DNA of 64,000 nucleotides from Bythopirellula sp. (GCA_965216565.1 OZ244170.1:5120001-5184000), one strand, 5' to 3'. Positions 1-9,511 are shown, numbered from the stretch's first letter. Translations and numbers: made by a program. The notes: generated by a model from the sequence alone, not told the origin.

Positions 1-854
1 ATCCAGAAAATCCTCCCCAGACCGATAACGGGACTGTTGACTACAGCAAAGATTTTTTCGAGCGGCCCGCTTATCTCACCGTCTCGGGGCAACTTGAGGG
101 AGAAATCTACGCAACGGCACTGAGGAGGATATATACTTTTGGGCCAACGTTTCGAGCAGAAAACTCCAACACGTCTCGTCATCTGGCAGAGTTTTGGATG
201 GTCGAGCCCGAGGCAGCTTTTTTCGACCTCGACGACAACATGGAATTGGCTGAGCAGTTTCTGAAACGTATTGTTCGCGACGTTATGGCCAATTGCGAAG
301 AGGATGTTGATTTTTTTCAGCAAAGAATTGATAACACCGTGCACGATAGTCTGCAGCGTGTTGCCGATAAGCCTTTTGAAAAGGTTAGCTACACCGAGGC
401 TGTGGAACTGTTGGAGAAAGCGGACGAAAAATTCGAGTACGCGGTCGAATGGGGAACCAATTTACAGGCAGAGCATGAGAGGTATCTCTGCGAGAAACTC
501 TACGAATCTCCGGTAATCGTCTACGACTACCCAGCGTCGATCAAACCTTTCTACATGAAAGTCAGCGACGATCAGCGCACGGTGCGTGCGATGGATGTAC
601 TGGTACCACGGGTTGGTGAAATCATCGGCGGCAGCCAACGCGAGGAACGGTTAGATGTACTGCAGGCTCGAATGGTAGAGCAGGGGCTCGACGAAAGCGA
701 GTATTGGTGGTATCTCGATCTCCGCCGATTCGGTACGGTTCCGCATTCTGGTTTCGGGCTAGGGCTGGAACGGATGGTGCAGTTTGTGACCGGCATGACG
801 AACATTCGCGACGTGATTCCCTTTCCCCGCACGCCAGGCAATGCCGAGTTCTAA
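1..854 (+). CDS. asnS: Asparagine--tRNA ligase (5' truncated by window edge)
   Basis: The frame is open from position 3: [38 protein letters not shown] (motif 2), [22 protein letters not shown] (motif 3), C-terminus [12 protein letters not shown]. Confidence 0.97.
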   Translation, partial: PENPPQTDNGTVDYSKDFFERPAYLTVSGQLEGEIYATALRRIYTFGPTFRAENSNTSRHLAEFWMVEPEAAFFDLDDNMELAEQFLKRIVRDVMANCEEDVDFFQQRIDNTVHDSLQRVADKPFEKVSYTEAVELLEKADEKFEYAVEWGTNLQAEHERYLCEKLYESPVIVYDYPASIKPFYMKVSDDQRTVRAMDVLVPRVGEIIGGSQREERLDVLQARMVEQGLDESEYWWYLDLRRFGTVPHSGFGLGLERMVQFVTGMTNIRDVIPFPRTPGNAEF

Positions 855-855
855 A

Positions 856-1206
856 TCAAATAGCCCTCAACACCATTACCAGTAAGGGCGCGACCGAAAG
901 GCACATGCCAAAGACCACAAGCCCTCTGGGTGGCGGCGTTTGTCGGAATCGATACACGGCTGGTAGGAGCAGAATCGAAAGAGTGCCCACAATTGCTGCG
1001 GCAAAAAGCATCATCTCTCTCAGCAGCAGCATTTTCTTGGCATCGGGCACCAGTTTCACGTAGCCATGAGCGCCCAGGGTTGCCAGCAGACAAAAAGTCA
1101 GCGTAGTGACGGTAACGGTCCATGCAATCGTAATCGCATCCGCCGCACGAGTCTCTGCCGGGATTCTGGCGTTAGATCTCGAGTGTCGTTTCTTGTGCTT
1201 TGCCAT
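856..1206 (-). CDS. Small hypothetical membrane protein (about 3 TM segments)
   Basis: 116 aa, basic N-terminus followed by three hydrophobic stretches; abuts the asnS stop convergently. Confidence 0.65.
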   Translation of the reverse strand: MAKHKKRHSRSNARIPAETRAADAITIAWTVTVTTLTFCLLATLGAHGYVKLVPDAKKMLLLREMMLFAAAIVGTLSILLLPAVYRFRQTPPPRGLVVFGMCLSVAPLLVMVLRAI

Positions 1207-1498
1207 TGTGTTGTCGATTGTTCTAAAGAGACGAATTAGATGTTGCCAAAATGCAACATCTAATAGACCTTGTTGCGATTGCGAAAGCTAGGGCCGTAAT
1301 AATCTAGCTCAAGCCAAAGTTCTTGTTTGCCTCTTGATGTTTGGTGAGCTACCTTTTGGTGGCGGGAGTGCGCGAGCGCTGCTGCCTACCTTTTCCCACC
1401 ATCGAGCACTGTTCGTCTCACCGAGTTGCTCGACAAATACACTCCGTTAGACACTTTTCTACTTGTAGTATTCTCCTAGTTCCATACCAGGAGAATCC

Positions 1499-2236
1499 AT
1501 GACCGTTAGGATACGCCCTATGGCTACAGCAACTTCCGAAACTGTCGACTCCTTGCAGGCAACACTAGAGCCCCTGGGCGAACTCCACGAGGATCATTCG
1601 CAATTGGAAGCCTGGGTACATGATTCGTTCGCAGCACTAGAAAAATTGCATAGCGAATTAACTGAATGGCAATCAGAGCTTGCCCGAAAACAAACAGAGC
1701 TTGATCTCCGCGAAGATGCCATCCGTAGCAGCGAAGAACAAATCATCGATGGCGATTCTGCTGAGCAAATCGAACATTGGAAGCGCGAGCTGGAAGAGTC
1801 TCGCAACGATACAAAGATTCTGGAAGAAGAGAATGCCGAGCAATTGCAAGAGCTAGAGAGCATGGAACTGACACTCGTGCAAATGGAAAAACAACTCCAA
1901 ACATCGGAGAAGAGATCGGCTGATCTTACCAACCTGTTGGAAGTCGAACGAGCTCGTTCCGATCAGGAGCAACACCAGTGGCAAGGCGAGTTCAAAGAAA
2001 TGCGGCGGCTCTTGGACAAGCAATGTTCGCTACTGGAAGGCCGGATTCGGGATTCGCGCGATACGGGAGATGACGAAGAATCAGGGAACGCAAGTGGCTC
2101 TGGCGATGGCTCATCTTCCGATTCAATTTCCCGTACAGCAGAACTACGCCGTAGAGCTAAGATGCGGAGGGAAGCTCGTCTCCAACGACACCAAGATGGT
2201 GGGACTAAGGATGGCGAGGACTCAGACAACTCATGA
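1499..2236 (+). CDS. Coiled-coil hypothetical protein
   Basis: AGGAG ribosome-binding site before ATG 1499; E/L/Q-rich heptad pattern over about 170 aa; stop overlaps the next start (ATGA). Confidence 0.8.
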   Translation: MTVRIRPMATATSETVDSLQATLEPLGELHEDHSQLEAWVHDSFAALEKLHSELTEWQSELARKQTELDLREDAIRSSEEQIIDGDSAEQIEHWKRELEESRNDTKILEEENAEQLQELESMELTLVQMEKQLQTSEKRSADLTNLLEVERARSDQEQHQWQGEFKEMRRLLDKQCSLLEGRIRDSRDTGDDEESGNASGSGDGSSSDSISRTAELRRRAKMRREARLQRHQDGGTKDGEDSDNS

Positions 2237-2604
2237 GCAACCCGAACCATCGTCCCCATGCCGCGCATAAGAAAAAGCAAGGCAGCCCCAGCGCTGGAGA
2301 TCTGTTCCCAGGACAGCTTCCATCCTACCTGTTGAATCCAGGAACGGACGAGGTCCGCGAGTTGCTGGAAGAGTTGGACGATGCCATCTTCGGCGCAATT
2401 GGCGGTAGCGAGAAGTCTCTGAAGCATGCCCAGAAGCTATGGCCCCAAGCCATGGGTGAGATCGATAGCGAACTGCTTGAGGAATCGAGAGAACAGTATC
2501 TCCTGTTTGCCTTGGAAGCCGTCGAGCGACTCGAGAGCCCAACGCGAACACCAGAGAATGTGCTGTTTGCCCTCGATATTGTTGTGATGCTTTCCAACGA
2601 ATAG
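2233..2604 (+). CDS. Hypothetical alpha-helical protein
   Basis: Translationally coupled to the upstream ORF by an ATGA overlap; acidic, amphipathic composition. Confidence 0.7.
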   Translation: MSNPNHRPHAAHKKKQGSPSAGDLFPGQLPSYLLNPGTDEVRELLEELDDAIFGAIGGSEKSLKHAQKLWPQAMGEIDSELLEESREQYLLFALEAVERLESPTRTPENVLFALDIVVMLSNE

Positions 2605-2608
2605 CGTA

Positions 2609-3082
2609 ATGCAGAGGATGAAACCGATGTGTACACGTCAGTTTTGCGGCTACATCCTATTCTGCGTCCTGCTCATGGGTTGGACGGTGCAGGTTGAGTA
2701 CCGCAACGACAGTTTCCCGCTCATCAGCGACGTGGTTCACGAAACCGAGGGCAGCCGTAGTCAGGTTCAGTACCGGATCAGCAATCCTCGAAGGGAGAGA
2801 ACACGCGTTGCCACCCATGTCCGGTTGCAATCACCCCACGCTAGTCCCTCTCATCCAGAACTCTTTTCTAGCCCAGTCACCATCACGAAATTCGATCTGG
2901 AGCCACGCTCCACTCTTGATATCGATCTCTCCGTGGAGAACGCCGGAGCATGGTCGGAAGCCGATGTGCAACTCTACGTACTTGACGATTCCCTAGGAGT
3001 CGACGATGCACAACTCGATTGGTTGGGGCGACTATCCAGCGACCGTGTTACCTTCGAAGGACTGCAAAAACTGTTCGAATAG
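2609..3082 (+). CDS. Hypothetical exported or membrane-anchored beta-rich protein
   Basis: 4 nt after the previous stop; N-terminal hydrophobic segment (YILFCVLLMGW) then alternating beta-strand pattern; 3' end overlaps carA by 51 nt. Confidence 0.55.
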   Translation: MQRMKPMCTRQFCGYILFCVLLMGWTVQVEYRNDSFPLISDVVHETEGSRSQVQYRISNPRRERTRVATHVRLQSPHASPSHPELFSSPVTITKFDLEPRSTLDIDLSVENAGAWSEADVQLYVLDDSLGVDDAQLDWLGRLSSDRVTFEGLQKLFE

Positions 3083-4174
3083 GTAGTGGCTGTCGTGCGG
3101 CCCTGCGGATGCCTCGGGATGGTACTGCACGCTGAATGCCGCTGCTTCTTTGTGACGAACTCCTTCAATCGTGTCGTCATTCAAGCTGCGATGGGTTACC
3201 TCCAAGCAGTCGGGAAGCGAATCTTCTTCGACGGCAAAGCCATGATTCTGCGAGGTAATCTCTACTACACCATCATCAAGCCGCTGCACGGGCTGATTGG
3301 CTCCGCGATGTCCAAACTTCATTTTGTAAGTTTTTGCACCGCAGGCCAGCGACAAGAGCTGATGACCAAGGCAAATACCGAAGATTGGTTTCTTGCCTAG
3401 AAGCTCGCGGATTGTGCCGATCGCGTAGTCCAGAGGTTCTGGATCGCCGGGGCCATTGGAGAGGAATATTCCGTTGGGTTCCTGTGCCAAGACCTCTTCA
3501 GCAGTTGCGGTCCCCGGCAAGACTGTTACCTGGCAACCACGATCGAACAAATGACGAGGAATATTCCACTTCATGCCAAAGTCCAGGGCTACTACGTGGG
3601 GCCGTTCCGAAGAGTCTCCAATTCCCCCACTTCCATTCAGATGCGTCCACTCGCTGACGGTTTCTTCCCAATGGCAAGCTTGCTCGGGCATGACTTCCCG
3701 CACCAAGTCGCGCCCGACGAGCCCTGGGCTGGCCTTAGCTTTGGCTACGAGACTGGCGTCGTCCAAATCGGTGGTAGATAACACTCCCCGCATGGCCCCC
3801 ACGGATCGGATTCTTCGCACGAGTGCCCGGGTATCGATCGATTCGATAGCTACGACGCCCCATTCTTCCAGGTATTTGCTCAAGGAATTCTCGGAGCGGA
3901 AATTGCTAGGAATGCGGCTATGCTCTCGGACTACAAAACCGGCCAGGTGTGGCCGAGCGCTTTCCAGGTCTTCCTCATTCACCCCGTAATTGCCAATTTG
4001 GGGATACGTCATCGTCACAATCTGCCCACAGTAGCTGGGGTCAGTTAAGATTTCTTGATAGCCGGTCATCGAGGTATTGAAACAAACTTCTCCATCGACT
4101 TCACCAGCTGCGCCGATCGAAATGCCGGTATATACGGTGCCATCTTCCAGGGCTAACTTTGCGGTTTGTTCCAT
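3032..4174 (-). CDS. carA: Carbamoyl-phosphate synthase small (glutaminase) subunit
   Basis: GEVCFNTSMTGYQEILTDPSY, LSNGPGDP, FGICLGHQL (catalytic Cys), SQNHGFAV, SVQYHPEASAGPHD. Confidence 0.98.
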   Translation of the reverse strand: MEQTAKLALEDGTVYTGISIGAAGEVDGEVCFNTSMTGYQEILTDPSYCGQIVTMTYPQIGNYGVNEEDLESARPHLAGFVVREHSRIPSNFRSENSLSKYLEEWGVVAIESIDTRALVRRIRSVGAMRGVLSTTDLDDASLVAKAKASPGLVGRDLVREVMPEQACHWEETVSEWTHLNGSGGIGDSSERPHVVALDFGMKWNIPRHLFDRGCQVTVLPGTATAEEVLAQEPNGIFLSNGPGDPEPLDYAIGTIRELLGKKPIFGICLGHQLLSLACGAKTYKMKFGHRGANQPVQRLDDGVVEITSQNHGFAVEEDSLPDCLEVTHRSLNDDTIEGVRHKEAAAFSVQYHPEASAGPHDSHYLFEQFLQSFEGNTVAG

Positions 4175-4328
4175 CTCGGCTGCCTATGTCGTGTGAAACG
4201 TTCGTTGATAAAGAAAGTTCTAAGACTCGTTGTGGCAAGCTGGAGCTTACTCGTCGTGGGAGACGATAGCCTGTTGTAGGCTGTGGGTCTCCTACTGCAA
4301 GCATGCAGCAGGTCAGCCTAAACTAACG

Positions 4329-4368
4329 AGAGGGTCCTTGTTCCGGCGAGCAAGGACCCTCTTTTTTT
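4329..4368 (+). terminator. Intrinsic terminator on the + strand with no + strand CDS upstream
   Basis: Stem AGAGGGTCCTTGTTC / GAGCAAGGACCCTCT with one U-G pair, followed by a T7 run. Confidence 0.7.
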
Positions 4369-4477
4369 GTCCCCGTCGCACGGTCAAGCTTCGATTATAT
4401 CGAGGTTGAATGACCAGCTAAAGGGGCCGAACGGAGGCGTTCCGTCGGCTTGTGGATAGCGGCTAAGTTTTGCCTGC

Positions 4478-6094
4478 CTACTTCTCGGAAATGTGGATTT
4501 CCTCCACGGAATCCAGGTGTCCCGAATCGTACGATGCTCCGGCGACAGCCAGCAGATGGCCATTGCGTCCAGGCAGCAATTGGTGGAAGAATCGTGGTGT
4601 CGCGAATTTGGCGACTTCTGTCCATTTCGCTAGATCTTGCTCAAGTCGGTACACGACTCCACCCATTCCACCTGCGAAGAGCCTTCCATCGACATTTCTC
4701 GCAGCGATGCCGAAACCATGAAACGGTTCGCCCGGCAATGGCGGGCCGGCCTTCCACTGGTTCGATTCGAGGTCGAATAGGGAGACCTCACACGTGGGTT
4801 GCGCATCGTTGTTCATCCCACAAATCGCGACAAGCTGCCCATTCGCATGGCCGAGAGCGAGAGCACGGCGGCGAAACGGTGGTTCGGGAAGTGTGCGCCA
4901 GCCGGCTTCAATATCTGACAAATCAAGAGCCATAGCCCCCGTCTGCCATTCGCCTTGGTCGTCGCCGTGTAGTTTCCAGCCCCCGACTACGTAGATGATA
5001 TTGTCCGCTACGACCGCATCATGCGACGACCGCCCGTTTGGCAAGGGTGGCAGGTCCTGCCAGTGGTTCGCCTCAGGGTCGAAGCAGGCGAAACTGCTAA
5101 CGGAGTGAAGCGATTCCTCCTCGCCCGAGGCATTCCGGGCATCGAGTCCCCCAATTCTGTAGAGCTTTCCTTCGTGTGCCACCAAAGCCAACCCCTGCAA
5201 TGGAGGTCCCATCGGCAGCTCCTGCCAGTCGCTAGTTCCATCGAGCTTAGTCCGCAAGAACGATTTCGATAGGTTGTCGCGTGAATGCTCGTGGACTCCT
5301 CCCTTGTGGCCGCTGTAAACGTAGAGCCAGCCATCAGAGACCGCAGCACCAAAGCTAGCCACCGGTTCGGGTAGAGGCGGGATGGAGTCGGTTTCGATGC
5401 TGGGTTCGTTTCGAAATGTCATCGTCAGATAGTGCGAGGCAGACTCATACTGTTTGCCATCGATTTCGCCGGTTTGGTTTTCTTCTAAGTGGCTAATCAG
5501 CAATGCGTCGAAGCTAGACTCGATCGCCTCACGAGAAAATGTTGCATAGCCCTTGTCGTCGGTAAACGCTTCCGCCTCTTTTTGATCCTCTTCGCAGTAA
5601 AGTTGAACGCTAGCCTTGGCTAGCGGTTGATTGTCCCAAAAAACGCCTACTCGTAGGCCATCTTCGGATGTGCGCCGGACACGAGCATACAGCCTAGGCG
5701 GTTGTTTGCCAAACTCGGTCGTGGGTGATTCATCAAGAGACGAGGCGTGTTGGGCGTAGTAAGTAAGATTCGTCCCATGATACACACCGTAGGGAATTGT
5801 TGCTTGGAGCATGGCACGTTGATCTACGGGTTTTTTCGATCGCTTGCCAATGAACGCTTCCGACTCGATATCGGCGAGAACGCACTCCCGCGGCATTTCA
5901 CTCTGGGTGTGCAGCAAGACTGTAGCGCTACCTACTGCCTCTGGGAGATGGTAAGTGCGTTCGTCTGGATCTTCTCCGAAAAACAACAACGCATGGCCAT
6001 CGGAGTCGCAAGCAAGCCAGGGGAAGTGTGCCGAAACTTTACCTGACGCTAGGAAGAAAGTCAGGAGAGTTAAGTATGTAGTCAAATGTTTCAT
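4478..6094 (-). CDS. Secreted protein: DUF4198-like N-terminal domain plus Kelch beta-propeller
   Basis: Signal peptide ending VSA|HFPWL; Kelch repeats (LYRIGG, IYVVGGW, LFAGGMGG, W..LPPLP); His-rich loop GHKGGVHEHS. Confidence 0.85.
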   Translation of the reverse strand: MKHLTTYLTLLTFFLASGKVSAHFPWLACDSDGHALLFFGEDPDERTYHLPEAVGSATVLLHTQSEMPRECVLADIESEAFIGKRSKKPVDQRAMLQATIPYGVYHGTNLTYYAQHASSLDESPTTEFGKQPPRLYARVRRTSEDGLRVGVFWDNQPLAKASVQLYCEEDQKEAEAFTDDKGYATFSREAIESSFDALLISHLEENQTGEIDGKQYESASHYLTMTFRNEPSIETDSIPPLPEPVASFGAAVSDGWLYVYSGHKGGVHEHSRDNLSKSFLRTKLDGTSDWQELPMGPPLQGLALVAHEGKLYRIGGLDARNASGEEESLHSVSSFACFDPEANHWQDLPPLPNGRSSHDAVVADNIIYVVGGWKLHGDDQGEWQTGAMALDLSDIEAGWRTLPEPPFRRRALALGHANGQLVAICGMNNDAQPTCEVSLFDLESNQWKAGPPLPGEPFHGFGIAARNVDGRLFAGGMGGVVYRLEQDLAKWTEVAKFATPRFFHQLLPGRNGHLLAVAGASYDSGHLDSVEEIHISEK

Positions 6095-6214
6095 TTCAAA
6101 AGTTCCTTGTGAACAATGTGCGGACCAGTGGAATCGGTCTGATGCTGTGTTATTGAAAAAATCTGTGTGGAGGAAACGTGGCGTGATATTTGTGTCGAAG
6201 TTTTTTCTTGAACA

Positions 6215-7063
6215 TCATTTCAGCTCGGGTTGAATCTCTTCGCCGGCGCGCGTGACCAATGCATCGAGAGCTTGGTCTTCGATGTCGTCTCTCACAAAGT
6301 GCACTGAGCCATCAAGCATCACGAAGTGGGCTCCAGAGGGGTGATCGCTACGAAAAGCGGTGTTGTATTTGCCCTCGAGGCTAAAATTGTTGGGGGGCGG
6401 AGGATTCGATGGGTTGAATGGTCCGTATGTAGAACCAAACGAGAACATCACGTATCCGCCTGCCCATTTGGGCCCTTCGTGTGTCTGTCCTCCAAAATAG
6501 TCCTTCTCGCCGAAAGCGAAGGTATTGGAGAGCCCGTCGGTGATGTCCCTAAGTCGCAGGGTGTGTTCGGTGTTCGGCACGATCGCGCCGTCGTATAGTT
6601 TGAATAGCCAAGGTGAATGGGTCCCTGTAGAAGAGCTATAGCTACTTGGCCCTAATTGGCCCTCTGCGTGCTCGTAGGCCATTGAGGGACACAAATACGT
6701 GGGGATCGTTGTTTCTGCAACGCCCGCGTTATCGGGATGGTCGATGCTCTTTAGCGGATCAAAGACGACGTACTTACCGGCTTCCTCGACATAAGGGAGC
6801 AAATAGAGCAAGCATCCGGCTTCGTCGAAAGTATCGCCGACATTCTTCACAATGGCAGCGGGTGGCAGGTGTCCGCGTGCGTTGTGATACATTTGCGTGG
6901 CTAGTCCGATTTGCTTGAGATTGTTCTGGCAGGTCATCCGTCGTGCCGCTTCGCGACCAGCCTGTACCGCAGGCAACAGCAGCGCAACAAGTACGCCGAT
7001 CACAGCAATTACCACGAGCAACTCGACTAAGGTAAATCCACTCCTCGAGCGATGGTCTAACAT
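6215..7063 (-). CDS. DUF1559 prepilin-type N-methylation protein
   Basis: GFTLVELLVVIAVIGVLVALLLPAVQAGREAARRMTCQNNLKQIGLA; C-terminal H-X9-DG motif (HPSGAHFVMLDG). Confidence 0.95.
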   Translation of the reverse strand: MLDHRSRSGFTLVELLVVIAVIGVLVALLLPAVQAGREAARRMTCQNNLKQIGLATQMYHNARGHLPPAAIVKNVGDTFDEAGCLLYLLPYVEEAGKYVVFDPLKSIDHPDNAGVAETTIPTYLCPSMAYEHAEGQLGPSSYSSSTGTHSPWLFKLYDGAIVPNTEHTLRLRDITDGLSNTFAFGEKDYFGGQTHEGPKWAGGYVMFSFGSTYGPFNPSNPPPPNNFSLEGKYNTAFRSDHPSGAHFVMLDGSVHFVRDDIEDQALDALVTRAGEEIQPELK

Positions 7064-8112
7064 GGCAAGTCCTCCGGGTGTCTCCGCGCGATAGTCCTAC
7101 AGCTCGTAGTGATTACTAATCCAGCTACTAACAGCGTTAGTGAATACGGCTCTGGGACCGCATGCAGAGACTGAGTGTGTGGCGGGGTACTTCCATATTG
7201 AGCTTCCCAGGCCAATAGCTCAGATCCGTGGGAGTTCGAATCAACCTGCCAGGTAAGAAAATCGAGGCCATCAACGGACATGTCGCCGTTGAAATCGGCG
7301 TTAATCCCTGCGCTTACGATTAAGGTGTCGATGCGAAGATGCTGAAAGCTCGAGTGCACGATCGAATCAGTCTGGAATCGAAAGTCACCGGTGAAGCCTG
7401 GCAACCAAAATTCAGCAATAAATTCTTGTTGCTGCACCAAGCCAAAGGGGCCGTCCACAAGGAGGTTGGGGTCGGAAACTTCCGAGATATAGAGTGAGTC
7501 TGAAATCTCTCCGCCTTCGAGGGGCCTGCCGTCCAGTTGAACTAGTTCCAGGGAATCGGGGAAAACACTTGCTGGTCCGCCATCGTTGGGGTCCTCGTTC
7601 AATGTGGCGGCAACTTGGACGATGACGCGGGTACCATCAGTTGGCGCGTAAGACTGTCCCGAACCGGCTGAGCCACCGTGGTTCAAGATGTCAGCATACA
7701 CACGATAGTTCCCATTGAATGCGTAGTAACCTCCGGAGCTCCCTACGAACCCTGGCGAGTTGACACCCAAGTTGGGATCTGCCGAGAGAGCTGGGTTCAT
7801 GTTGCTTGAACTGGGTGCTGTGCTTCGTGTGGAGAACATAAACACGTCGGGATCACCGAGAAAGTCGATCGGATCGGAGTTCCATTCTTGAAAAGTGCTA
7901 TCCGGATCTCCGACGGACCAATCGTTGGGGTCCTGGAAGTTGACGGCAGAGCCTTCAGCGTTGTGCACGCCCGAGTAAAGCAACAATGCTGTGGCCGCTA
8001 GGAGCCGTAAAGTCTTGCGAGGCAGGGCATGATGTGCGTCCGAGCGTGTGCCTGACGTTGCGAAAGCTCGGCTGGTCATGACTTCCCGTTCAGCTGCAAC
8101 TTGAAGTTTCAT
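7057..8112 (-). CDS. PEP-CTERM surface protein with dockerin-like Ca-binding motif
   Basis: Signal-like LLAATALLLYSG; ADFNGDMSVDGLDFLTWQ; C-terminal VPEP, TM segment, then ARRH. Start is uncertain (8112 or the next in-frame ATG). Confidence 0.85.
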   Translation of the reverse strand: MKLQVAAEREVMTSRAFATSGTRSDAHHALPRKTLRLLAATALLLYSGVHNAEGSAVNFQDPNDWSVGDPDSTFQEWNSDPIDFLGDPDVFMFSTRSTAPSSSNMNPALSADPNLGVNSPGFVGSSGGYYAFNGNYRVYADILNHGGSAGSGQSYAPTDGTRVIVQVAATLNEDPNDGGPASVFPDSLELVQLDGRPLEGGEISDSLYISEVSDPNLLVDGPFGLVQQQEFIAEFWLPGFTGDFRFQTDSIVHSSFQHLRIDTLIVSAGINADFNGDMSVDGLDFLTWQVDSNSHGSELLAWEAQYGSTPPHTQSLHAVPEPYSLTLLVAGLVITTSCRTIARRHPEDLPC

Positions 8113-8183
8113 GATTTGTAGTCCTTTGAAAAAGATCCAGTCGGCCCTGTTCCGGACGGCCGACTGGACCGGACTCTGGTGGT

Positions 8184-8876
8184 TTACCTACGACGCCTGG
8201 TCACGACACCAATAAAAGCTAATCCCGCCAAGCACAGCGCTGCAGGTTCTGGAGTAGCAATCGAGATATTGTCGATATCGAAGGTGAATTGTGCTGGGTT
8301 GCCTGCCAATCCTGCGGGAATATCAACACCGAATTGCAAATGGCCAATGTTGGAGAACACGTCGTTCCAACTAGATCCTTCGGTAGAAACAATCTGAGGA
8401 CCATGGGGATTGAGGTTAAAGCTGACTTCCGTCCACGTGTTGGGAGCTACTGGTGTAAAGTCGACGGCAACGGCGCCTGGAAAGTTGGCTGGGCCGCTTC
8501 CTCTCATGAAATAGTTCACCACGCTGGGAGCATTGTGTTTGACTTGAGCGGTTACTATTCGTATGCCATCGGCAACCCAATTGCCTTCAAAGGCGCCGCC
8601 ACTTGACCCAAATTCATCTTGCCCCCGGTAGAGCACCACAGAGTCTCCACCACTGTTAGGATCAGAGAATGCGAATGTGGTCCTGGCAAAACCGCTTCCG
8701 TCTGGACCTCCGGAGGAAACGTAAGTTAAGGGACCACTACTGTTATCTCCCCAGAATGCCGTATCGGAAGCAAACTCTTCGGTAAAGGGGGGCGCTGTTG
8801 CGGGTGCTGTACTTGCGACAATCACTAATACAGAAAACCAAGAAGCAATCACTAAGCTGCGATTGAATAAACTCAT
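8184..8876 (-). CDS. PEP-CTERM surface protein (beta-sandwich)
   Basis: Start moved to MSLFNRS (GGAG upstream); signal peptide; C-terminus TPEPAALCLAGLAFIGVVTRRRR. Confidence 0.88.
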   Translation of the reverse strand: MSLFNRSLVIASWFSVLVIVASTAPATAPPFTEEFASDTAFWGDNSSGPLTYVSSGGPDGSGFARTTFAFSDPNSGGDSVVLYRGQDEFGSSGGAFEGNWVADGIRIVTAQVKHNAPSVVNYFMRGSGPANFPGAVAVDFTPVAPNTWTEVSFNLNPHGPQIVSTEGSSWNDVFSNIGHLQFGVDIPAGLAGNPAQFTFDIDNISIATPEPAALCLAGLAFIGVVTRRRR

Positions 8877-9201
8877 GGTACGAATCATCTCCAATATGAA
8901 ATCGTTGATCGCGATATTGCGACACCGATTGAACTGCATGGGCTGAAAACTGAGCTGCTAAGCTCGAGGAAAACTCACTGAGAAAGCTCAGGACTCGAGA
9001 GCTTTTCAACAAGCGATGCCTGTGCTTAGCAAACCACGGATGGCGAAAATAAAACTCGCCTCTGAAGAAACTCCTTTCGACTCGATTGCTGGGCAACGGA
9101 TGACGGCCCTAGGGGCACACTCGTCCACGTTGGCTGGCAATCGGCCGGAGTTGGCCGTGGCTGGCTAGATGTGGGAAACTCGATTCACAACCATGGATCT
9201 G

Positions 9202-9230
9202 TTGCAAATGAGTCTCAGTAGCGATATGAT
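9202..9230 (+). promoter_or_regulatory. Sigma70-type hemP promoter overlapped by a Fur-like box
   Basis: TTGCAA (9202-9207), 17 nt spacer, TATGAT (9225-9230). GCAAATGAGTCTCAGTAGC (9204-9222) matches 12/19 of GATAATGATAATCATTATC and has the core palindrome TGAG-T-CTCA. Confidence 0.65.
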
Positions 9231-9295
9231 AACGGCTGTTTCACGTCATTCAAAGGGCGAAAAGTCGCCTTTATCAGAAAAGACAGCTTTGAATT

Positions 9296-9511
9296 ATGGC
9301 ATTCCCAGCGCCGAGCGATTCACCCAAGAATGAGCAAATCCGGCGGTCCATTGGCTCGAAACCATCATGCTCACCCCAGGGGATTACTCCCCCCAAGGTG
9401 ATCCCATCCGAGGCACTGTTCGAGGGTTCCAGGCTGGTAGTTATCGACCATGCCGGTGATCCCTATCGATTGATGATCACCAAGAACGGCAAGTTGATTT
9501 TGCAGAAGTAG
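9296..9511 (+). CDS. hemP: Hemin uptake protein HemP family
   Basis: C-terminal IPSEALFEGSRLVVIDHAGDPYRLMITKNGKLILQK fits the HemP pattern (S..LF.G...V.I.H.G..YRL..T..GKLIL.K). Confidence 0.88.
   Translation: MAFPAPSDSPKNEQIRRSIGSKPSCSPQGITPPKVIPSEALFEGSRLVVIDHAGDPYRLMITKNGKLILQK

Noticed and set aside
8940..9200. Cobalamin riboswitch upstream of the PEP-CTERM/DUF1559 operon
   Set aside because: The conserved B12-element motifs (GGGAA, GCCACTG, AGYCAG.AGACC) are not visible on the minus strand.
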